Below are positions 28,497 through 35,809 of a DNA stretch of 64,000 nt, piece by piece. The stretch is from Pseudomonadota bacterium. GTDB lineage: Bacteria; Pseudomonadota; Alphaproteobacteria; Rhizobiales; Xanthobacteraceae. A program made the translations under genes and the position numbers. The notes under the pieces were generated by a model, which was not told the origin of the DNA, searched no databases, and saw only the letters and a program-made list of their open reading frames with translations. Position 1 is the first letter of the stretch, and every line of letters begins with the position of its first letter. The DNA is taken from contig JAEZMT010000085.1 in the NCBI GenBank assembly GCA_023442085.1, forward strand, positions 302 through 64,301, read 5' to 3'.

Positions 28497-29900
28497 ATGA
28501 CTGACGCCGCCGGCGCGGGGGTATGGACACCCGACATTTCGAAGTTTGAAGGCCCGCGCTATCTCGCGCTCGCAGGCGCCATCGCAGAGGCCATCGACAG
28601 CGGCGAGCTGCCGCTCGGCGCGCAATTGCCACCCCAGCGCGATCTGGCCGAACAACTCGGCGTCACCGTCGGGACGGTCGGACGCGCGTACAACATCATG
28701 AAGAAGCGCCAGCTGGTCTCCGGCGAGGTTGGGCGTGGCACCTTCGTTTGCCGTGGAATCGAGGCGACCATCCCGAACTACCTGCCCGAGCGCATGCCTG
28801 GCACCATCGATTTCGCCTGCTACCGTTCGCCCGTGGCCGGCCTTTCCGAGGAACTCGCGAAGGCCATGACGCTCGCCGCCGCACGCGCAGCCCTCATGCC
28901 GATGCACAAATATCCGCCCGCCGAAGGCCTGCTGAGCCACCGCACCGCCGGTGCCCAGTGGATTCGCCGCTCCGGCCTTCAGGTGACACCCGACCGCGTG
29001 ATCGCCTGCGGAGGCGGCCAACAGGCGCTGCTGGTGGCCATCAGCGCCACCGTCGGCCCCGGCGAAATTCTCTTGTCCGAAGCGCTCACCTATTCCGGTG
29101 TCAATTCTCTCGGCGCGCTGCTCGGGCGCCGCCTGGCGCCCGTCGCAATCGATGGCGAAGGCATCATTCCCGAGGCCCTGGAGGAGGCTGTCGCCGCCAC
29201 CGGCGGGCGCTGCCTCTATCTTCAGCCCACGGTTCACAATCCCACCGCGGCGATGATGTCCGAGAAGCGTCGCCAGCGCATCGCCGACCTTGCGCGCCGC
29301 CATGACCTGATCCTCATCGAGGACGACGCGGCCATTAGCGGAATGACGGAGCGTCCCATGCCTATCGCGCACTTCGCGCCGGAGCGGACGATCTATCTCA
29401 GCTCGTTTGGCAAGAGCGTTACCCCGGCTCTGCGCGTCGCCTACATGGCGAGCCCGCCAACGCTCTGCGAACGCCTCGTCCACACGCTCCATTCGCTGAT
29501 GCTTGCCAACGCGCCTCTGCTGCTGGAGATCGCCGGGACAATGATCGCCGACGGTTCCGCCGACGCCATCGCCCGGCACAATCTGGCCGAGCTGCGTGCC
29601 CGCCATGAAGCGGCGCTGAAGCTGCTGGGGGGCTGGAAGGTCTCCAGTCACCCAGCAGCATTCTTCCAGTGGCTGCATCTCCCCGCTCACTGGAGCGCGG
29701 CGGAATTCTGCGAGGCAGCCTATCGGGAGGGTGTCTCGGTTGTGCCGTCGGACAATTTCACAATCGGCGGATCGACGCCGCCCCGCGCGTTCCGCATCTC
29801 GGTAAATCCTGCGCAGAAGGCGAGTGTTCTCGCCAAGGGCATCGACGTGCTCAGCCGGCTTGCCCGCGAGCGCCCGCAGCCGCGCATGGCCGTGGTGTAG
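28497..29900 (+). CDS. MocR/GabR-family PLP-dependent transcriptional regulator (EnuR/EhuR-like N-terminus)
   Basis: WTPD..GPRYLALA, LPPQRDLA, GEVGRGTFV wHTH; aminotransferase domain SSFGKSVTPALRVAY with PLP Lys. Confidence 0.9.
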   Translation: MTDAAGAGVWTPDISKFEGPRYLALAGAIAEAIDSGELPLGAQLPPQRDLAEQLGVTVGTVGRAYNIMKKRQLVSGEVGRGTFVCRGIEATIPNYLPERMPGTIDFACYRSPVAGLSEELAKAMTLAAARAALMPMHKYPPAEGLLSHRTAGAQWIRRSGLQVTPDRVIACGGGQQALLVAISATVGPGEILLSEALTYSGVNSLGALLGRRLAPVAIDGEGIIPEALEEAVAATGGRCLYLQPTVHNPTAAMMSEKRRQRIADLARRHDLILIEDDAAISGMTERPMPIAHFAPERTIYLSSFGKSVTPALRVAYMASPPTLCERLVHTLHSLMLANAPLLLEIAGTMIADGSADAIARHNLAELRARHEAALKLLGGWKVSSHPAAFFQWLHLPAHWSAAEFCEAAYREGVSVVPSDNFTIGGSTPPRAFRISVNPAQKASVLAKGIDVLSRLARERPQPRMAVV

Positions 29901-29944
29901 GGCGCGAGCCGCACGCCTGGACGCTGGCGCTCGGCGCGGGCTGT

Positions 29945-31567
29945 TCATGCGCGGCGCTCTGGCGTCGGCGACTGACCGTGCAGTGCGATCTCCCACTCGA
30001 GATAAGAGCGCATTCCGGTCAGCCCACGCCGATAGGGCGGCTCCACGATGTCGTCGGCGACCGCTCCATCAGGCAAGCCTACAGCGAGCGAAAATCCCGC
30101 GGCGCGCCAGGCCGCGATGCCGCCTTCAAGGACATAGATCTCCTCGCGGCCGAGGCGCGCCAGCGCGCGCGCGGCGAGAATGGATTGAGCCTCCTCCGCG
30201 GATGCAAGCACCACCGCCCGGCCCGGCGGGAGCTCCGCCGCCAAAAGCTCCAGCGAGCCACGCGGCAGCCAGAGCGCGCCCGGTATGTGGCCCGACGCAA
30301 GATCGCGGCTCGAACCCACGTCGACCACCAGGGGCCGCGTCTCAGGCGGCGCGTCCAGGCGGCGGAAAAGGTTCGCCGCGTCCAGGAAGGCGCAAACGGA
30401 GGTCGCGGCGGCAAGGCCCAGCGGCGTGGCGCGGGCTTTACCCCGTGCGATTCTGCGGCCCGAGTCACACCAGGCCGGCATGCCCCCTGCGAGCACATGG
30501 GCACGCGGGAAACCCATGCGCCGATACCAATAGGCGGCAAGCAAGGCACGTGCGTCGCCGTCGTCCACAAACACCACGTCAGCCCCGGGTACGGCGATGA
30601 AGTCGTCGGCCCGTTGCACCGCCTGTCCACCCGGAGCGAACACGGCGCCAGAGATGTGCCCGGCGTCGAAGGCATCTCTCGTCCGAACGTCGAGGAGGCG
30701 GACATCGGCGGACGGGCGGACAAGGAGCGCTGAGAGGTCTCGGGGAGAAAGGAAATCGACACCGTGGGTTCGCGCCAAGCCTTCGGCGCGGGCAACGGCG
30801 TGCGCCCGGCTGCCGGACGAAGGGGGCGGCGAACTCGCCTCCCCGCACTCCAGCGCGCGGCCGTCCAGCCGCCAGCCCATGGTGCCGTTCTCAAGCGCAA
30901 AGACCGATCGCACGCCGAGCAGCGCGAGAGTGGCCGTACCGATGATGGAGCGCGTGCGGCCAGCGCAATTCACCACCACCGTGTCGCACTCCGCCTCCAG
31001 ATCCATGACACGAAGCGCCAGCTCGAAACCGGGCGCAGATCCGGCCGTCGGAATGTGCGCGGCAGCGAACTCCTCCTCAGTGCGGACGTCCCAGATCGCG
31101 ATGCGCCGGCCGGCGGCGCGGAGGGCGTCGAGACCCGCCGCATCGAGATGGCTCACCCGGTCCTCAGTGAGAACCCGCTCGCCAAAGGTCTTGCACGGCA
31201 CGTTCACGCCCATCGCCGGCCGGCCACCACAAGCGCGCCAGCCGGCGAGACCATGGGCGAGCACGCTCACACGGCTATAGCCGTATCCGCGAAGATCGTC
31301 GGCCGCGAGCACGGCGCGACGATCGTCCCCGCCGTCGTCGTACAGCACCACCGGAGTGGTGCGAGCGGGCACCAGTTCCTCCATGCGATACTCGAGCCGG
31401 CGACGCGGTAGCGATGTGGCACCGGGGATATGGCCTCGCTCGTAGGCGCCGTGCTCGCGGACATCGAGCAACGCCCATTCACGGCTCGGCCAGGCGTGCC
31501 GTGGGTCGGCAAGCGCCGCCGCAAAGGCGTCCGCCATCATCAGGGGGGTGGCGGCAATGGCATACAT
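29945..31567 (-). CDS. Four-domain rhodanese-related sulfurtransferase
   Basis: Four D(V)R/G..(G/A)HI(P/S) repeats; active-site loop VVNCAGRTRS in domain 2; C-terminal MRSYLEWE. Confidence 0.87.
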   Translation of the reverse strand: MYAIAATPLMMADAFAAALADPRHAWPSREWALLDVREHGAYERGHIPGATSLPRRRLEYRMEELVPARTTPVVLYDDGGDDRRAVLAADDLRGYGYSRVSVLAHGLAGWRACGGRPAMGVNVPCKTFGERVLTEDRVSHLDAAGLDALRAAGRRIAIWDVRTEEEFAAAHIPTAGSAPGFELALRVMDLEAECDTVVVNCAGRTRSIIGTATLALLGVRSVFALENGTMGWRLDGRALECGEASSPPPSSGSRAHAVARAEGLARTHGVDFLSPRDLSALLVRPSADVRLLDVRTRDAFDAGHISGAVFAPGGQAVQRADDFIAVPGADVVFVDDGDARALLAAYWYRRMGFPRAHVLAGGMPAWCDSGRRIARGKARATPLGLAAATSVCAFLDAANLFRRLDAPPETRPLVVDVGSSRDLASGHIPGALWLPRGSLELLAAELPPGRAVVLASAEEAQSILAARALARLGREEIYVLEGGIAAWRAAGFSLAVGLPDGAVADDIVEPPYRRGLTGMRSYLEWEIALHGQSPTPERRA

Positions 31568-31570
31568 CGC

Positions 31571-32026
31571 TCAGATCGCCGGGGTGGCGCGATAAACCAT
31601 GACCCGCCGGTGGCGATAGACCGGCGCGCCCGCCGCATCGCGGCCTTCGATCTCCTGAATCAGTAGTTCCATGGCGCCGGAGCGCGCCTGCTTCTCCTCC
31701 ACCCCGACAAAAGTGATGCAGCAGGTGAGGATGTCTCCCACCACGATCGGCCTCGCATAGTGGAAGCCCTGCTCGCCGGCGAGTACGCGCCGCCGGTCGA
31801 GATTGCGGGTCCACTTGGGCTCTTCGGGGCAGTGGAAGGAGACCGGAAAGGTGGGCGGCGCAATGATGCCGGCATAGCCTTGCGCCCGCGCCGCCTCGAT
31901 ATCGCGGTACACCGGATTGGGGTCGCCGATGGCGTCGGCGAAGCGCCGCACAGCCCCCTTCTCCACCTCGACGATGTAGGGGGCGCTGCGTAGGCCGATC
32001 AGCGAGCGGTCGATCTCGACGGTCAC
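31571..32026 (-). CDS. MaoC N-terminal / HadA-like hot-dog protein
   Basis: AVRRFADAIGDPNPVY, IAPPTF, GEQGFHYARPI; GTG start after GGGAG. Confidence 0.83.
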   Translation of the reverse strand: MTVEIDRSLIGLRSAPYIVEVEKGAVRRFADAIGDPNPVYRDIEAARAQGYAGIIAPPTFPVSFHCPEEPKWTRNLDRRRVLAGEQGFHYARPIVVGDILTCCITFVGVEEKQARSGAMELLIQEIEGRDAAGAPVYRHRRVMVYRATPAI

Positions 32027-32037
32027 GGCGAGCTCCC

Positions 32038-33192
32038 TCAGGCCTTCTTCCACTGGCTGTTCTCACGCTCAAGGATGGCTGCCGCGATCATATTCTTGTG
32101 GATCTGCATGGTGCCGCCATAGATCGAGCCGCCACGGACCTCCGCATAGCGGTGAACGAGGGGATATTCCTTTGTGTAGCCGTTGGCGCCGAGCATCTGG
32201 ATGGCGTCGTCACAGATCTCCTTCGCCGCCTTGGCGGTGAACACCTTGGCGATCGAGGTCTCGAGCGGTGCGGGCAGGCCCGTGACCTGGGCCGTCGATG
32301 CGGCGCGCATGACGAGCAGGTGGGCCGCGTCGAGCTTCACGCGCATGTCGGCCAGCATCCACTGGATGCCTTGAAAATCACAGATCTCGCGACCGAACTG
32401 CCGCCTCTCCTTGGAATAGGCGAGCGCGAACTCATAGGCGGCACGCGCGGAACCCAGCATTCGAGCCATGCTTCCGAGACGCTCCGCATTGTAGACGCTG
32501 ATGAGCTTGCCGAATGCACCGCCATCGAGAAGAATATTCTGCTTCGGCACCCGGCAATCATCAAAGTAGAGCTCGAACAGAAGCTCGTCGGCCATATTGA
32601 GCGTGCCATGCGAATGGCGGAAGCCCGGTGCATCATGCGGGACGATGACGGCACCAATGTCGGACGCTTTCCCCGAGGTGCCAAACCGGCAATAGACCAA
32701 CGTGAACTCGTTGACGTTCACGAAGCTGACGAACTGCTTGGAACCGTTGAGCACCACCTGGTCGCCGTCGATCCGGGCGCGCGTCTTCAATGCGGTGGCG
32801 GCCGAGCCGGCGTCGGGCTCGGTAATGCCGATGGAGATGCCGATCTCGCCGCGGCACAGGGGCTCGACGAAGCGCGCACGCTGCTCGGGCGTGCCGTATT
32901 CCGCAACGGCGCCCACGGCGCCGGTGGAGGTGCGGTGGCTCAAGCCACCGACGATGGGCGCGCAGGCCTGCAGAGTCTGGATCACCAGGAGCGTATCAAG
33001 GAGCGGAAGACCGAGGCCACCATGCTCAGGGGGCAGATTGAGCCCAAGAAGCCCCTGCTCCGCCATGGCGCGGCGCAAGCGGCGCACGCCAGCAACACTT
33101 GAATCCGCCACCAGCGGAGCGAGCTTGCGCTCGTAAGCCCCCTTGGCCGCCTCCACAAGCTCCTGCTGACGATCGGTCAGTTGAAAATCCAT
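32038..33192 (-). CDS. Acyl-CoA dehydrogenase family protein
   Basis: TEPDAGS, LNGSKQFVS, RRQFGREI, FQGIQWMLADM, GANGY, IYGGT. Confidence 0.9.
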   Translation of the reverse strand: MDFQLTDRQQELVEAAKGAYERKLAPLVADSSVAGVRRLRRAMAEQGLLGLNLPPEHGGLGLPLLDTLLVIQTLQACAPIVGGLSHRTSTGAVGAVAEYGTPEQRARFVEPLCRGEIGISIGITEPDAGSAATALKTRARIDGDQVVLNGSKQFVSFVNVNEFTLVYCRFGTSGKASDIGAVIVPHDAPGFRHSHGTLNMADELLFELYFDDCRVPKQNILLDGGAFGKLISVYNAERLGSMARMLGSARAAYEFALAYSKERRQFGREICDFQGIQWMLADMRVKLDAAHLLVMRAASTAQVTGLPAPLETSIAKVFTAKAAKEICDDAIQMLGANGYTKEYPLVHRYAEVRGGSIYGGTMQIHKNMIAAAILERENSQWKKA

Positions 33193-33238
33193 CCGGATGT
33201 CTTCCTGCCCTGCGGTGCAGCCTTGGCAGATGCACCAG

Positions 33239-33264
33239 AATGTATCTATTTTTATAGCTACATT
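33239..33264. promoter_or_regulatory. AATGTA-N14-TACATT operator candidate
   Basis: Matches 28432-28457, including a following (A/G)TGCC. Confidence 0.55.
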
Positions 33265-33355
33265 GTGCCTTGAACGTTATCTTACATCAAGGCAATTTTG
33301 TCCGGATTGCGGGATTGTACCCACGCATCCCGTCGACAAAGAGAGGAAATGCCCC

Positions 33356-33859
33356 ATGCCGCGATTTGAAGCTGTGTCGGAGGATGACTTCAAGCGGGGC
33401 ATGCGCCGCCTGGCGGCCGCCGTGAACGTGGTTTCGACCCTTGAGCAAGGGCGCCCGGCCGGACTCATCGCCACTGCGGTGTGTTCGGTCAGCGCCGGAC
33501 CGCCCAGCATTCTGGTATGTGTCAACCGAGGTACGCGTACCCACGGCCACATCATCGAGGCGGGCGTGTTCTGCGTGAATGTGCTCGCAGCGGACCAGAT
33601 GCCTTTCGCCCGCCAGTTCCTGTCGCGCGACCCGACCGAACGGTTCTCTCACTGTCACTGGTCTACCCTGGCCACAGGCTCACCCGCGCTCGACGAGGCG
33701 ATGACCAATTTCGACTGCGAGGTGTCGTCCCAGTTCAGCTCGGGAACCCATGACATCCTGGTGGGTCACGTAGTGGCGATGCGGCAGCGCGAGAGCACCA
33801 ATCCCCTGCTCTATTTCGAGGGAGACTACAGGCACATCGCCCATGGCGAGACGGCCTGA
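33356..33859 (+). CDS. Flavin reductase (HpaC/DszD-like)
   Basis: FKRGMRRLAAAV, SVSAGPPSILVC, GTHDILVG, PLLYFEG. Confidence 0.9.
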   Translation: MPRFEAVSEDDFKRGMRRLAAAVNVVSTLEQGRPAGLIATAVCSVSAGPPSILVCVNRGTRTHGHIIEAGVFCVNVLAADQMPFARQFLSRDPTERFSHCHWSTLATGSPALDEAMTNFDCEVSSQFSSGTHDILVGHVVAMRQRESTNPLLYFEGDYRHIAHGETA

Positions 33860-33865
33860 GCACAG

Positions 33866-34087
33866 TCATACCTCAATGATTGCCACCGGCTGACCTTCGT
33901 CCACACCGTCGCCCGAGGCGACCAGAAGGCGCGCGATCCGGCCGGCGCTCGGGGCGGCGACCGGGATCTCCATCTTCATCGATTCGACAACCAAAAGGGT
34001 GTCGCCGGCGGCCACCAGACCGCCTTCCGCCACCGCAACCTCGAACACCACGCCGGTGACACTCGACACCACGTCATGCTGCGCCAT
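33866..34087 (-). CDS. Stand-alone biotin carboxyl carrier protein
   Basis: ESMKMEIPV biotinylation motif, ~73 aa; GGGGAGA RBS. Confidence 0.87.
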   Translation of the reverse strand: MAQHDVVSSVTGVVFEVAVAEGGLVAAGDTLLVVESMKMEIPVAAPSAGRIARLLVASGDGVDEGQPVAIIEV

Positions 34088-34259
34088 GAACATTCTCCCC
34101 CGCTTGTGTGGATTGCCCCTGCCCGATGAATATCGATGTGCAATGGTGACAATATGCTGCAAATGCATTTACATTGAAAGAAACAATCAACAGCGTCCGC
34201 ACAAAGGACGATGCGGCCGCAATGGACCGCCGAGCGATACGGGAGCGAAGCCGGGCCCT

Positions 34260-35798
34260 ATGGACGAGGACACGCTGAAGGAACTCGAATCGCGTCGCAT
34301 CGCCGCCCGCGCCATGGGGGGCGCGGCCGCGCTCGCAAAGCTCAAGGCGGCGGGCAAGCTCAACGCACGGGAGCGGATCGAGCGACTGCTCGATCCCGGC
34401 TCATTCCGGGAGATCGGGCTTCTCGCCCGCAGCCAGCACGGCGCGCTCAGGGCACGCACGCCGGCCGACGGCCTCGTCGCAGGATGGGGCACCATTGTCG
34501 GGCGGGAGGTCTATGTGGCGTCCGAGGATGCCTCGGTGATCGCTGGAACGCGCGGCCGCGTGGCAGAAGCAAAGAGCCAGCGCGTGCGCGATCTTGCCTT
34601 GCGCCACCGCCGCCCCTTCATTGCGCTGATGGAGGCGGGCGCCGGCCGATTTCAGGAGAATAACGGCGCCATCGCGGCCGGCCTCGGGGCCCGCTTCAAG
34701 GAGCACTTCATGCTCTCCGGCCGGGTACCGCAGGTGGCGGCGGTCATGGGCGCATGCTTCGGCGGCCCCTCCTTCACCGCACTTCAATCGGACTTTGTCA
34801 CCATCGTCGCCGGCTCCGGATACATGGGCATGTCTGGGCCGCCCGTAGTAAAGGTGGGGATCGGCAAGGTGGTCTCCGCTGAGGACATCGGCGGAGCCGA
34901 GAAGAGCACCGCAATCACCGGCCAGGCGGATTTGCTGACTCAGAGTGACGCGGAGGCGCTTGCGGCGATCCGCGCGTTTCTCTCCTTCCTGCCCTCAAAC
35001 TGCGATGAACTGCCGCCGACCGTGGCGCCGCGTCCGGCCGCCTGCGACACCCCGGAGGGCGCGATGCGGCTCACGCAGATCGTCTCCGATAACCATCGCC
35101 GCGCGTACGACATGGAAGAGCTGATCCGGCTGATCGTCGATGGCGGCGAGATGTTCCATTACCGACAGACCTACGGGCCGAGCCTCATCACCGCCTTTGC
35201 CCGCATGGACGGCCAGTCGGTGGGCATCCTGGCGAACAACCCCATGAAGATGGCCGGGGCGATCGACGAGAAGGGCATCCAGAAGGCGCGAAAGTTCGTC
35301 GACACCTGCAACGCCTTTCATATCCCCCTGGTGTTTCTCGTGGATTGTCCCGGTTTCATGGTGGGTCCGGAGATCGAGAACCAGCGGATGGTCTCGCTCG
35401 CCTCGCGCTTCCTGAACAGTGTTATCGGCGCGAGCGTGCCGAAGGCGACCATCGTCCTGCGCAAGGCGGTGGGCCTCGCCTATCTCGCCATGGGTGGTCG
35501 CGTGATGGCGCCGGACGCCATCGTCGCCTGGCCGACGGCGCAGTTCGACGTGATGGGCCCCGCAGCCGGGGTCGAACTCACCTACGGCAGGGAGATCGCC
35601 AAGGCAGCAGACCCGGCCGCTCGGCGCCGCGAGCTGCTGGCGAGCGCAGAGGCGCAGGCATCCGCCTATCTCGCCGCCGAGATGGCCCTGATCGACGACG
35701 TCATCGCGCCAGCCGAGACCCGCGCCGTGATCCTCGACGTGCTCGCCCGAACGCGCCCGGGGCGCGTGCCCTCCTTCAAGCATCGCATCGATCCATAA
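34260..35798 (+). CDS. Acyl-CoA carboxylase carboxyltransferase (beta) subunit
   Basis: GKLNARERIERLLDPGSF, ADGLVAG, GACFGG, VDCPGFMVG, IDDVIAPAETR. Confidence 0.9.
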   Translation: MDEDTLKELESRRIAARAMGGAAALAKLKAAGKLNARERIERLLDPGSFREIGLLARSQHGALRARTPADGLVAGWGTIVGREVYVASEDASVIAGTRGRVAEAKSQRVRDLALRHRRPFIALMEAGAGRFQENNGAIAAGLGARFKEHFMLSGRVPQVAAVMGACFGGPSFTALQSDFVTIVAGSGYMGMSGPPVVKVGIGKVVSAEDIGGAEKSTAITGQADLLTQSDAEALAAIRAFLSFLPSNCDELPPTVAPRPAACDTPEGAMRLTQIVSDNHRRAYDMEELIRLIVDGGEMFHYRQTYGPSLITAFARMDGQSVGILANNPMKMAGAIDEKGIQKARKFVDTCNAFHIPLVFLVDCPGFMVGPEIENQRMVSLASRFLNSVIGASVPKATIVLRKAVGLAYLAMGGRVMAPDAIVAWPTAQFDVMGPAAGVELTYGREIAKAADPAARRRELLASAEAQASAYLAAEMALIDDVIAPAETRAVILDVLARTRPGRVPSFKHRIDP

Positions 35799-35809
35799 GG
35801 GCACACACC

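Noticed and set aside
28497..29900. Calling the regulator enuR/ehuR and the island an ectoine cluster
   Set aside because: No eutD/eutE/eutBC or ehu genes present; resemblance is only at subfamily level
35345..35809. Fusion-like 5' extension of the flavoprotein ORF
   Set aside because: Overlaps the carboxyltransferase out of frame; the FAD-binding fold begins after ATG 35810
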